From contig DYER01000029.1 of the NCBI GenBank assembly GCA_020725605.1, positions 1-60,375 of the forward strand: DNA of 60,375 nt, read 5' to 3'. Positions 1 to 9,347 of the stretch are shown piece after piece. The notes beneath the pieces were generated by a model. It saw only the letters and a list, made by a program, of their open reading frames with translations. It was not told the origin of the DNA and made no database searches. Positions within the stretch are counted from its first letter, which is position 1. Every line of letters starts with the position of its first letter. The stretch is from Ammonifex sp. GTDB taxonomy: Bacteria; Bacillota; Desulfotomaculia; Desulfotomaculales; DYER01. The position numbers were made by a program, and so were the translations under genes.

Positions 1-2
1 AC

Positions 3-857
3 GTGGCCGGCGGGGTGGAAAGCATGACCCGTCAGCCTTACCTCCTCGAAAAGCCGACCACCCCGTACCAGCGCTTCGCCCCGCCCTGGATCCACCGCCG
101 GCCTCTATCGCCGTCGGAAATCGGCGACCCGCCCATGGGCATTACCGCGGAGAACGTGGCCGAGCGCTGGAAGATAAGCCGGGAAGAGCAGGATGAGTTC
201 GCCTACCTCAGCCAGATGAAGGCGGCCCGGGCCATAAGGGAAGGGCGCTTCAAAGAGCAAATCGTACCCGTCACGGTGCCCCAGAAAAAGGGTGACCCCA
301 TAGTCTTCGACGTCGACGAGCATCCCCGCCCCAACACCACCCCGGAGGTGCTGGCCAAACTCCCGCCCGTGTTTAAAGAAGGAGGCACCGTCACCGCGGG
401 CAACTCGTCCGGCATAAACGACGGGGCCGCGGCGCTCCTCGTCACCAGCCGCGAGGCCGCCGCCGAGCTGGGACTCAAGCCCCTGGCCCGCGTGGTTTCC
501 TTCGCCGCCGCCGGCGTGGACCCCAACATCATGGGCATCGGACCGGTTCCGGCCACCCGCAAGGCCCTGGCCGCAGCCGGCCTCACCCTCGCCCAGATGG
601 ACGTCATCGAGCTCAACGAGGCCTTTGCCGCCCAGGCCATTGCCTGCTGCCGCGAGTTGGGCATCGATTGGCGGGACGGCGAAAAATTCAACCCCAACGG
701 CGGTGCCATCGCCCTCGGGCACCCCATTGCGGCCACCCTGGCCATCCTGGTAGTCAAGGCCGTCTACGAGCTGCACCGCCGGGAGGCGCGCTACGCACTG
801 ATCACCGCCTGCTGCGGCGGCGGCCAGGGAGTGGCCACCATCATCGAACGTCTGTGA
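3..857 (+). CDS. acetyl-CoA C-acetyltransferase (thiolase), 5'-truncated by the window edge
   Basis: The ORF is open to the window start. It carries C-terminal thiolase signatures [20 protein letters not shown] and CCGGGQG. Confidence 0.9.
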   Translation: MAGGVESMTRQPYLLEKPTTPYQRFAPPWIHRRPLSPSEIGDPPMGITAENVAERWKISREEQDEFAYLSQMKAARAIREGRFKEQIVPVTVPQKKGDPIVFDVDEHPRPNTTPEVLAKLPPVFKEGGTVTAGNSSGINDGAAALLVTSREAAAELGLKPLARVVSFAAAGVDPNIMGIGPVPATRKALAAAGLTLAQMDVIELNEAFAAQAIACCRELGIDWRDGEKFNPNGGAIALGHPIAATLAILVVKAVYELHRREARYALITACCGGGQGVATIIERL

Positions 858-1075
858 CGCCGGACGACCCCCACCGCCGGAGACCCGAAGGGTTGTACAC
901 ATGGCGGCGCCGAAACGCACCAAAGCCGGCCCGTTGCCTGCCGGCGAGGCCCGAGGCCGGCGCCGAGACGCACCCGAGGACGTCGGCATTCCGGCGATGC
1001 GGCGCTCCGGGCCGGCACGGATCTTGCGAGATGGTATTGTCCGGTGCGACTTCTGCACGGGACGGGAGGCCAACC

Positions 1076-3205
1076 ATGAACCGTAAGGTGCGCGATAAGG
1101 TGCGCGCCGGTCTGGCGGACGCCGCCGCGGCTGCGGGGCGCCACGCCATTTCCCGGCTGCTCCGCGGCGTCCTCCCCGCGGTGGCCCGGGCCTTTCCCGA
1201 GGCGGCCGAGGAGTTGCGGCGCATAAAGAGGGAGTCCGTTGAGCGCCTGGACGAACTGGTGCAACTGGCCGTGGGGAATCTCCGGAGAAACGGCTTTGAG
1301 GTTTACCGGGCGCGCACCAACCGGGAGGCGGTGGAGTACGCCCTTCGGGTCATCCCGCCGGGCTCACTGGTCGTCAAGTCGAAGAGTAACGCCGTGAAGG
1401 AGACGGACCTGCTGGCGGCGCTAAGGGCGAGGGGCGTCCGGGTGGTGGAGACGGACATGGGCGACCGCATTTGTCAGCTCGGGGACCTGCCGGCGGGGCA
1501 CCCCCTGGGGCCGGCGGTCCACGTGCCGGTGGCCGAGGTGGCCGCCCTGTTCGCCCGCGACACCGGGCGGGAGGTACCCGCGGAACCCGAGGCCGTGGTG
1601 GCCGTGGCCAGGGAGGCCCTGCGCGAAACCTTCCTCTCCGCCGACTGCGGACTCAGCGGCGCCAACGCCGTGGCGGCCGACGTGGGGGCCGTGGTGCTGA
1701 CCGAAAACGAGGGTAACATCAGGAACCTGGTGCACCTTACCCGGGTGCACCTGATCTTCGCCGGCATCGAAAAGATCGTCCCCACCCTGGAAGACGCCGT
1801 GCGGGTCTGCCGGGCGGCCGCCCTGTACGGCGTGGCCCAGCCCATCGGCCAGTACGTCACGGCCGTGGCCGGGCCGCCGCGGGCGTTCCTGGGGGACCGA
1901 CCCGCGGACCGGGGTCAGGGGCCGCGCGAGGTACACGTGGTCCTGCTGGAACAGGGTCGCCGGGAGGCGGTGCGGCGCGGCTTCGGCGCCTCTCTCTACT
2001 GCATTAACTGCGGGGCATGTCTGAACGTGTGCCCCGTGTACAACGAAATCGGGGAAAGGTACGGGTACCGCTACTTCGGGGGCATCGGGGTGGTACACGC
2101 GGCCCTGCGATACGGGCTGGAGGCCGCGGTGGCCGGGGGCCTGACCCTGTGCCTTTCCTGCCGGCGTTGCGTGGAATTCTGCCCCTGCCGCATCCCCACG
2201 CCGGACTACATCGTGGCCCTGAGGGCGGAAGCGAACCGCCGGCGCTCCCTGCCGCGGACGCGGCGCCTTCTTCTGGACCGTTTTCTTGAGAGCAACAGTC
2301 GTGCGGTTCACCGCACGGCCCGCGTTGTGCAGGGGCTGCTCGCCAGGCCCGTACCCGATGGGGACGGCGTGGAGGCGCGCTTTTTCTCGGCCGGCGGGCG
2401 CCTGCTTCCCCGGGTGGCCCCACGCCCGGGCCTGGACGAAGCGGCCGGGGCGGCTGCGGGCCGGGGGCCGCGCCGTAGAAAGGTAACGTACTTTCTAGGT
2501 TGTCTGAATAATAGATTTTTTGTGGACGTTGCCAGGGCTACCGTAGAGGTCCTCGGCCACCTGGGAGCGGAAGTTGTGGTCGCGCGACCCAGGCACTGCT
2601 GCGGCTACCCCGCCCTGGTGGACGGGGACCCGGCAGCGGCGCGGCGGCTGGCGCAGGCCAATCTGGAGGTCCTGGCCGACGCAGGAGAGGCCGTGGTGGT
2701 CGACTGCCCCACGTGCGGGACGGCCCTGAGGACGTACGCGGACCTGCTGGCCGAAGACCCCGCACGTCGGCAGCGGGCGGCCGAACTGGCGGGCAGGGTA
2801 TGGCACGTGGCTCAGTTCGTCTTGCGGGAGGTCTCGCAGGCGGACCTGGGAGAGCTTCCCCTTACGGCCGTCTGGCACCAGCCATGCCACCTGCCCGAGC
2901 CGGGAAGTGAACTGTTGCTGAAAATACCGGGCCTGAAGGTCGAGACCAGTGTCGAGTGGTGTTGCGGCTTCGGCGGAGCCTTCAGCCTGGAGTACTACGA
3001 ACTGGCCCGGACCATCGGGAGCCGGACCGCGGACGGTTACCTGGCCACGGGAGCCCGGCTCCTGGTAACGGCCTGCCCGGGATGTCTCGCGCACCTGCGG
3101 GACGCCCTGCGCCACAAGGGCGCCGCGGGACGGGTCATGCACGTTTCCGAAATTCTGGCCCGAAGTCTGAGCACGGGCGCCGCCCGGCGTGCCGGACCTG
3201 CGTAG
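1076..3205 (+). CDS. fused LutB-like (LUD/DUF162 + two 4Fe-4S motifs) and LutA/GlcF-like (two CCG cysteine-rich domains) iron-sulfur oxidoreductase
   Basis: ATG 1076 is preceded by GGGAGG. Motifs: LUD VVKSKSNAVKETD, ferredoxin CINCGACLNVCP and CLSCRRCVEFCP, then CCG-type HCCGYPA, WCCGFGG and ACPGC. The 668-1075 part of the track ORF overlaps the thiolase and is treated as non-coding. Confidence 0.85.
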   Translation: MNRKVRDKVRAGLADAAAAAGRHAISRLLRGVLPAVARAFPEAAEELRRIKRESVERLDELVQLAVGNLRRNGFEVYRARTNREAVEYALRVIPPGSLVVKSKSNAVKETDLLAALRARGVRVVETDMGDRICQLGDLPAGHPLGPAVHVPVAEVAALFARDTGREVPAEPEAVVAVAREALRETFLSADCGLSGANAVAADVGAVVLTENEGNIRNLVHLTRVHLIFAGIEKIVPTLEDAVRVCRAAALYGVAQPIGQYVTAVAGPPRAFLGDRPADRGQGPREVHVVLLEQGRREAVRRGFGASLYCINCGACLNVCPVYNEIGERYGYRYFGGIGVVHAALRYGLEAAVAGGLTLCLSCRRCVEFCPCRIPTPDYIVALRAEANRRRSLPRTRRLLLDRFLESNSRAVHRTARVVQGLLARPVPDGDGVEARFFSAGGRLLPRVAPRPGLDEAAGAAAGRGPRRRKVTYFLGCLNNRFFVDVARATVEVLGHLGAEVVVARPRHCCGYPALVDGDPAAARRLAQANLEVLADAGEAVVVDCPTCGTALRTYADLLAEDPARRQRAAELAGRVWHVAQFVLREVSQADLGELPLTAVWHQPCHLPEPGSELLLKIPGLKVETSVEWCCGFGGAFSLEYYELARTIGSRTADGYLATGARLLVTACPGCLAHLRDALRHKGAAGRVMHVSEILARSLSTGAARRAGPA

Positions 3206-3427
3206 CGGGCCGAGGGGGGACGTCCTCTGGACCTTCGCGAACTTGGCACGGCCGTCCGCCGGGTTAAAGAGCGGGTCCTGGCTGACCTGGATGCCGCCCT
3301 CGCACAGGCCCGCCGGTCCCTGCAGGCCCGGGGCTGCGAGGTACACCCGGCGTCCACGGCGGACGAGGCACGCAGCCAACTGGCCGCACTGGTCGGTGAC
3401 GGTCCGGCGGTCCTGGCCGCCTCCCCG

Positions 3428-4255
3428 GTGCTGGAGGAAATCCAGGCCGCCCCGTTTCTCCGGGAACGGGGCGTACCCGTGGAGCACACGGGACTGGCGG
3501 ACGCGCTCCTGGAGGCCCTGGGCAGGCCCGGGGACCACCCCCGGCGACCGGCCCGGCGCCTTACCGAAGAGGAAATACGGCAGGGTCTGGCGCTGCTCAC
3601 GGGAGGGGGCGGCGTGGAGGAATTCCGGCGCCGGGTGCGGGACCTCGCGGCGCGGGCCGCCTGCGGTGTCACCGGCGCGGAGGCCGTGGTGGCCCGTTTC
3701 GGTTCTCTGGTCAACGTGGAAAGCGAGGGCAACTGGGGCGTGGTGTCCAATTTGCCGCCCGTGCACGTGGCCGTGGTGGGCATCGACCAGGTCGTGTGGG
3801 ATTACGACGAAGCCCTCGCGGTGGTGCGGGGCGTGGCGGCCTGCGCGTGGGGAGCGCGCCTCGGCTCCTACGTGTCCGTGGTCACGGGCCCCAGCTCCAC
3901 GTCCGACGTGGCCGGCCGCAACGTAAGGGGCATGCACGGTCCCGGGACCGTTCACGTAATTCTGCTGGACAACGGGCGGCGGGCGGCCCTGGAGCGGGGA
4001 TTCGGGGAACTGTTATACTGCCTGCGCTGCGGGGCGTGCCTGGAAGTCTGTCCCGCCTATGCCAGGCTGGGAAGGGCCTTCGGCGGCCCGTACTGGGGCG
4101 GGCGGGGTGTGGCGGCCGCCGCCCTGGCCGAGGGGCCCGAGGGCGCCCGGCGGTTGGGTCTGGAGGCCTGCCTTCTGGACGGCCGCTGCCGCGAGGCGTG
4201 TCCGCTGGGAATCGACGTTCCGCAGGCCCTTGCGCACCTGCGCGGGCAGGCCTAA
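3428..4255 (+). CDS. LutB-like LUD-domain / 2x[4Fe-4S] protein (start unresolved; coding signal extends upstream to about 3206)
   Basis: Ferredoxin motifs CLRCGACLEVCP and CLLDGRCREACP. The LUD-like core is VHVAVVGIDQVV...HVILLDNGRR. GTG 3428 is the first canonical start, but the preceding 74 in-frame codons align to the N-terminus of the upstream paralog. Confidence 0.8.
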   Translation: MLEEIQAAPFLRERGVPVEHTGLADALLEALGRPGDHPRRPARRLTEEEIRQGLALLTGGGGVEEFRRRVRDLAARAACGVTGAEAVVARFGSLVNVESEGNWGVVSNLPPVHVAVVGIDQVVWDYDEALAVVRGVAACAWGARLGSYVSVVTGPSSTSDVAGRNVRGMHGPGTVHVILLDNGRRAALERGFGELLYCLRCGACLEVCPAYARLGRAFGGPYWGGRGVAAAALAEGPEGARRLGLEACLLDGRCREACPLGIDVPQALAHLRGQA

Positions 4256-4266
4256 AGATTGGGGGG

Positions 4267-5370
4267 ATGAGTTTGTCCGGGGGACCCGACGATCTGGCGC
4301 GGAAAGTTTTGCAGCCGGGACAGTGCGCCGGCTGCGGCCTCTGCCTGGACCTGTGTCCTTACCTTCAGGTCGTTGAAGAAAAGGTGGTCATGATTCACCC
4401 TTGCGGGTTAAAGGAGGGAGACTGCTACCGGGTCTGCCCGCGGACGCCGACGGATTGGGAGGACATGGATCGCTCGGTTTTCGGCGCGGCGCGGGCCGAC
4501 CACGTGCTGGGCCACCACCGGGAAATCCTCTTCGCCCGGGCCACCGCCCCGGAGATCGCCGCGGCCGGCCAGTACGGAGGAGTGGTGAGCGCCCTGATCG
4601 CCTTCGCGCTGGGCCGCGGTGAAGTGCGCGGGGCCGTGCTGACCGCGGGTGCCCCCGGTGAGATGCCGCGGCCGGCGCTGGCCGAAAACCCGGAAGAGGC
4701 ACTGGCCTGCGCGGGGTCGAAGTATTCCGCCGCTCCCTCCCTCCGGGCCCTGCACGAGGCGGCGCGCCGGGGCCTGGAGCCGGTGGCGGTGGTGGGGCGC
4801 CCCTGCCAGGTGCTGGCCGTGCGCAAGCTCCAGAGGGCGCGGGGCCTGGAGGCGCACCATCTTGCGGGAAGAAAGGTCGCGTGGGTCACAGGCCTGTTCT
4901 GCTTCTGGGCCCTGGACCCGGCGTTCTACGCCTTTTTGCGGGCCAAAACCGGGGACGCCCGCATCCTCAGGGTGGACTTCTCGCCGGACAGCCTGCTGGT
5001 CCACACCGACAGGGGCCTGCTCAGCGAGCCCGTAGACAAAGTGCGCGGCTTTGTGCGTCCCGCCTGTCGGGAGTGTTTCGACCCCACCTCGGAGTTCGCC
5101 GACGTGGCGGTTGGGTCCACGGAGTACGACGAAGCCTGGAATACCCTGGTCGTCCGGAGCGAGCGGGGGGAAGCGCTGCTGAGGGCGGCGCGGGAGGCGG
5201 GGGTTATAGAGGTGAAGCCCTACCCGCCGGAGCGGCTGCCCCTTTTGCGCACGGCGGTGCTCAACAAAAAGCTGCGCACCCTGGAGGCCCAGGCCGCCCG
5301 CGGCGAAAGCTCCCACCTGCAACTTTCCGAGGGCTACCGGCGAGCTTTGACGGGGAGGGATCAACCGTGA
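4267..5370 (+). CDS. FrhB/FdhB-family protein (coenzyme F420 hydrogenase/dehydrogenase beta-subunit-like FAD/Fe-S protein)
   Basis: ATG 4267 follows GGGGGG. There is an N-terminal CAGCGLCLDLCP cluster motif, then QYGGVVSALIAFAL...GSKYSAAP...VVGRPCQV, typical of the FrhB_FdhB N/C domains. The stop overlaps the iorA GTG (GTGA). Confidence 0.8.
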   Translation: MSLSGGPDDLARKVLQPGQCAGCGLCLDLCPYLQVVEEKVVMIHPCGLKEGDCYRVCPRTPTDWEDMDRSVFGAARADHVLGHHREILFARATAPEIAAAGQYGGVVSALIAFALGRGEVRGAVLTAGAPGEMPRPALAENPEEALACAGSKYSAAPSLRALHEAARRGLEPVAVVGRPCQVLAVRKLQRARGLEAHHLAGRKVAWVTGLFCFWALDPAFYAFLRAKTGDARILRVDFSPDSLLVHTDRGLLSEPVDKVRGFVRPACRECFDPTSEFADVAVGSTEYDEAWNTLVVRSERGEALLRAAREAGVIEVKPYPPERLPLLRTAVLNKKLRTLEAQAARGESSHLQLSEGYRRALTGRDQP

Positions 5371-7286
5371 GCATTCTCGGCGTGCGCCTCGACGAGCCCG
5401 GGCGGTCGGTACTCTTGACCGGAAACGAGGCGGTGGCCCGGGGAGCCCTGGAGGCCGGGATCGGCTACGCTTCCTCCTACCCGGGGTCCCCCTCCGCCGA
5501 GGTCCTCGGCGTGCTCGCCGAGCTGGCCGGAGAGCGCGGTTTCTACGCCGAATGGTCGGTCAACGAAAAGGTGGCCCTGGAGGGGGCGGCCGCGGCCTCC
5601 TTCGCCGGGCTGCGGGCCATCTGCGTCATGAAGGCCGACGGCCTCAACGTGGCCCTGGATACCCTGACGGCCCTCTCCGAGTCCGGAACCAAAGCGGGCC
5701 TCGTGGTGGTGGTTTCGGACGACCCCGGCGGCCACTCCAGCGTCAAGGAGGAAGATTCCCGCTACCTGGGCAAGGTGGCCCACCTGGTCATTCTGGAGCC
5801 GGCCGATCCCCAGGAGGCCAGGGACATGACGGTGGCCGCCTTCGGGCTCTCGGAACAGTTGCGGGCGCCGGTCATGCTGCGGTGCGTGACCCGGGTCTGC
5901 CACGCGGGCGGAAACGTGGTTCTGGGGGCGCTGCCGCCGGGACCGGCCGGACGGCCCCACTTCGGCCGGCAGGAACGCTACATAACGTTCGTGGCCTTCC
6001 ACGGCCTGCAGGAGCAAAGGCTGGCCCAGGCGAGGGCCATCGGAGAGAACTGGCCCTTCAACGCCTACCTCGGACCGCCCGAGCCGGAAATCCTGGTAAT
6101 CACCGCCGGTCCGGGCTTCCTTTACGCCCGGGAGGCGGTGGAGGTGTTGGGCCTCGGGGACCGGGTGGGCATCCTCAAACTGGGCATGAGCTGGCCCTTG
6201 CCGGAAAAGTTCCTGCTGCGGCACCTCAAAAGCGCCTCCAAAGTGCTCTTCGTGGAAGAGGTGGAGCCCTTCCACGAGGAAAACGTCGGCTATCTGGTGG
6301 CGTGCCACCTGGAGGAAGTTCATCCCCTGGCCATCTACGGCAAGAAGTCGCGCCACGTGGCCGGGCCGCAGGGCCCCGGACTGGGCGAGATCGACGTCGA
6401 CGCCGTGATCCGGGCCCTGGCCGCCCTGGCCGGAGTTCCCCACGAGACGCGGTCCTCTGATTACGGTCGGGAAGCCCGACAGCTGGTAAAGAAAATGCCG
6501 GACCGGGAACTGGGTTTCTGCGCCGGTTGTCCGCACCGGGCCTCCTTCTGGGCCCTGAAGACCGCCATCGCCCTGGACGGCCGCGAGGCGGTGGTGCTGG
6601 GGGACATCGGCTGCTACACCCTGGGCCTCACCCGCAGCGGCTACTTCCTGATGCAGACCGTCCACGCCATGGGCTCCGGGGTGGGTATCGCCGACGGCCT
6701 GGGAAAGCTGGGGCGGTTCGGGTTCGACCAGCCCGTCATTGCCCTGGTGGGCGACTCCACCTTCTACCACGCGGCGGTGCCGGCCCTCATCAACGCCCGC
6801 TACAACCGCTCCCGTTTTCTCCTGGTGGTTCTGGATAACGAGACCACGGCCATGACCGGACACCAGCCCCACCCGGGCATGGGGGTCACCGCCCTCGGCG
6901 AGAAGGTGCCCGCCCTGAGCGTGGAGGAAGTGGCCGGAGCACTGGGCGTTCCGGTGACGGTACACGACCCCTACGACGTCAGGGGTACGGTGGAAGTGGT
7001 ATACCGCCTTCTGCGGCAGGACGGCGTCAGGGTCCTGGTGCTGCGCCGCACCTGCGCCCTGGTCTCGGCCCGGGAGAGGAAGCCGCGGGTCTACGTGGAC
7101 CCCGAACGGTGCGTGGGGGACGCCTGCGGCTGCCACCGGTTCTGCAGCCGGGTGTTCGGATGCCCGGCCAGCATCTGGGACGCGGCCCGCGGCCGCGCGA
7201 AGGTGGACGAAGCGGTCTGCAACGGCTGCGGCGTATGCGCGACCCTCTGCCCGCAGGGGGCCATAGTGGTGGAAGAGGTGGGTTGA
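5367..7286 (+). CDS. iorA: indolepyruvate:ferredoxin oxidoreductase alpha subunit
   Basis: GTG 5367 follows GGGAGGGA. The N-terminus LLTGNEAVARGALEAGIGYASSYPGSPS, the TPP region GDIGCYTLG...GDSTFYH and a C-terminal 2x[4Fe-4S] motif (CNGCGVCATLCP) are present. Confidence 0.9.
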   Translation: MSILGVRLDEPGRSVLLTGNEAVARGALEAGIGYASSYPGSPSAEVLGVLAELAGERGFYAEWSVNEKVALEGAAAASFAGLRAICVMKADGLNVALDTLTALSESGTKAGLVVVVSDDPGGHSSVKEEDSRYLGKVAHLVILEPADPQEARDMTVAAFGLSEQLRAPVMLRCVTRVCHAGGNVVLGALPPGPAGRPHFGRQERYITFVAFHGLQEQRLAQARAIGENWPFNAYLGPPEPEILVITAGPGFLYAREAVEVLGLGDRVGILKLGMSWPLPEKFLLRHLKSASKVLFVEEVEPFHEENVGYLVACHLEEVHPLAIYGKKSRHVAGPQGPGLGEIDVDAVIRALAALAGVPHETRSSDYGREARQLVKKMPDRELGFCAGCPHRASFWALKTAIALDGREAVVLGDIGCYTLGLTRSGYFLMQTVHAMGSGVGIADGLGKLGRFGFDQPVIALVGDSTFYHAAVPALINARYNRSRFLLVVLDNETTAMTGHQPHPGMGVTALGEKVPALSVEEVAGALGVPVTVHDPYDVRGTVEVVYRLLRQDGVRVLVLRRTCALVSARERKPRVYVDPERCVGDACGCHRFCSRVFGCPASIWDAARGRAKVDEAVCNGCGVCATLCPQGAIVVEEVG

Positions 7287-7287
7287 G

Positions 7288-7917
7288 ATGGCGCACAATC
7301 TCATAATCACCGGAGTGGGTGGTCAGGGCACGGTGCTGGCCTCGCAGGTGGTGGCCACGGCGGCGGTGGAGTCCGGCCTGCTGGTGGCGGTGGGCGAAAC
7401 CTTCGGCGCCTCCCAGCGCGGGGGCTCGGTGATGAGTCACGTGCGCGTATCGCGGGACCGCCGGTACGGACCGCTAATTCCGCGCGGCCGCGCGACGATC
7501 ATCGTGGGCTTTGAACCGCTGGAAACCCTGCGGGTCCTTCTGAACTACGGGAATCCTTCGACCAGGGTAATCATGAACCTCCGGCCCAACTACCCGCCGG
7601 GGGTGTTGAGCGGAGCCGACGTGTATCCCGAACCGCAGACTCTGGAGGAAGCGGTCCGCAGCATAAGCGCGGGGGTGTTTGCCTTCAACGCCACGGAGAT
7701 CGCAATCCGGGCGGGCAACCCGGTGGCCGCCAACATGGTTATGACCGGCGCCCTGGCCGGCTCGGAGCTGCTTCCCATCACCGTGCCCACCTACGAGAAG
7801 GTCATCGAGGAGCTGTTTACCGGGCCGGTACGGCAGCTGAACCTCGAGGCCTTTCGGGCCGGCGTGCGGGCCGTGCGTGAAGGCCCGCCCGCGGAAGCCG
7901 CGCGGGCACCGGCCTGA
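7288..7917 (+). CDS. iorB: indolepyruvate:ferredoxin oxidoreductase beta subunit
   Basis: N-terminus IITGVGGQGTVLAS...GETFGASQRGGSV. The gene lies immediately downstream of iorA with a 1-nt gap. Confidence 0.9.
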   Translation: MAHNLIITGVGGQGTVLASQVVATAAVESGLLVAVGETFGASQRGGSVMSHVRVSRDRRYGPLIPRGRATIIVGFEPLETLRVLLNYGNPSTRVIMNLRPNYPPGVLSGADVYPEPQTLEEAVRSISAGVFAFNATEIAIRAGNPVAANMVMTGALAGSELLPITVPTYEKVIEELFTGPVRQLNLEAFRAGVRAVREGPPAEAARAPA

Positions 7918-7952
7918 CACCGGAGCCGACCGCGAGGAGCGGAGGTGACACG

Positions 7953-9347
7953 TTGACCGGCTTGCTGCGAGATCTGGCCGCGCTGGTAGATCCCCGGAGG
8001 GTTTGGGGGGACGTGGAGGACCTGGTGGCCTACACCAACGACGCAACGCACCGGCGGGAACTGCCGGCCGCGGTCGTGGCTCCGGAAAGCGCGGACGAGG
8101 TGGCGGCCGTACTGCGGTACGCAAACCAAAGGGGGATACCCGTGATTCCCCGCGGCGCGGGCACCGGCCTGGCCGGAGGGGCGGTCCCCGTCTCCGGAGG
8201 CCTGGTTCTGGACCTGAAGCGTCTCAACCGGATCCTGGAGATCGACCACAAGAATCTGACGGCCACGGTGGAGTGCGGGGTGGTCACGGGGCACTTCCAG
8301 CGGGAGGTGGAGGCGCGGGGGTTGTTTTACCCGCCCGATCCCCAGAGCCTGGCGGTGTGCACCATAGGGGGCAACGTGGCCACCCGGGCCGGCGGCCCCC
8401 GCGGGGTCAAGTACGGGACCACCAAGGACTACGTACTCGGCCTGGAGGCGGTTCTGCCCGACGGCTCCGTGATCTCGTACGGTGGAAAATCGGTCAAGAT
8501 GTCCGCCGGCTACGACCTGGCCCGGGTCTTCACGGGATCGGAGGGCACCCTGGGGGTAATCACCAAGGTTACGTTGCGGCTTCTCGTCCTGCCACCCTCC
8601 CGGCGCATCATGATCGCGGCCTTCCCCGAACTAGATTCCGCCGCCGAGGCCGTGTCCGCCCTGATTGCCCGGGGGGCCGAGCCTTCCATGCTGGAGATGC
8701 TGGACCGCATCGCCGTCACTTCCCTGCAAAGGTACCTGCCGCTGGGTCTGCCGCCGGACCTGGAGGCGTTCCTGATCATAGAGGTGGACGGGCATCCCGC
8801 AAAGGTGGAAGAAGACTGCGCGCTCGTGGCGGAGGTATGCCGCGAGTACGGTGTCCACGAGGTCAGGGTGGCGCGGGACGCCGCGGAGGCCGAGAGGATC
8901 GTTCAGGCCCGGCGCGCGCTCTTTCCCGCGGCGGCACGCGCGGCGCCCAATCTCGTGATAGAGGACGCCACCGTGCCCAGGACCCAGGTGCCCGCCATGG
9001 TGAGGGCCATCCGACGCATCGCCGAACGCCACCAGGTGTTGATTTCCATAACCGGGCACATCGGCGACGGAAACCTCCACCCCGGCATCATCATGGACCG
9101 GCGTTTTCCCGAATCCGTACGCCGGGCCGAGCAGGCGATGGCCGAAATCGCCCGCGAAGCCCTCAATCTGGGGGGCACCCTGTCCGGAGAGCACGGAATA
9201 GGTTTGCTCAAGGCCCCTTTCCTGGAGTGGGAGTTCGGGGAAGCAGGGGTGAGCCTCATGCGGCGCCTGAAGCGGGCCTTCGATCCCCACGGCATCATGA
9301 ACCCGGGCAAGATTCTGGGAGGTGGCACGGCCGGTGTACGCGATTGA
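7953..9347 (+). CDS. FAD-binding oxidase, GlcD / D-lactate dehydrogenase family
   Basis: TTG start follows GGAGG. The FAD-binding PCMH region IPVIPRGAGTGLAGGAVP and the C-terminal GTLSGEHGIGLLK...DPHGIMNPGK are present. Confidence 0.9.
   Translation: MTGLLRDLAALVDPRRVWGDVEDLVAYTNDATHRRELPAAVVAPESADEVAAVLRYANQRGIPVIPRGAGTGLAGGAVPVSGGLVLDLKRLNRILEIDHKNLTATVECGVVTGHFQREVEARGLFYPPDPQSLAVCTIGGNVATRAGGPRGVKYGTTKDYVLGLEAVLPDGSVISYGGKSVKMSAGYDLARVFTGSEGTLGVITKVTLRLLVLPPSRRIMIAAFPELDSAAEAVSALIARGAEPSMLEMLDRIAVTSLQRYLPLGLPPDLEAFLIIEVDGHPAKVEEDCALVAEVCREYGVHEVRVARDAAEAERIVQARRALFPAAARAAPNLVIEDATVPRTQVPAMVRAIRRIAERHQVLISITGHIGDGNLHPGIIMDRRFPESVRRAEQAMAEIAREALNLGGTLSGEHGIGLLKAPFLEWEFGEAGVSLMRRLKRAFDPHGIMNPGKILGGGTAGVRD

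Noticed and set aside
3203-3205. TAG read as pyrrolysine.
   Set aside because: No pyl genes or methylamine methyltransferases are in the window, and the context is a LutB/LutA-type protein. This remains only a formal possibility under the read-through option in the findings.
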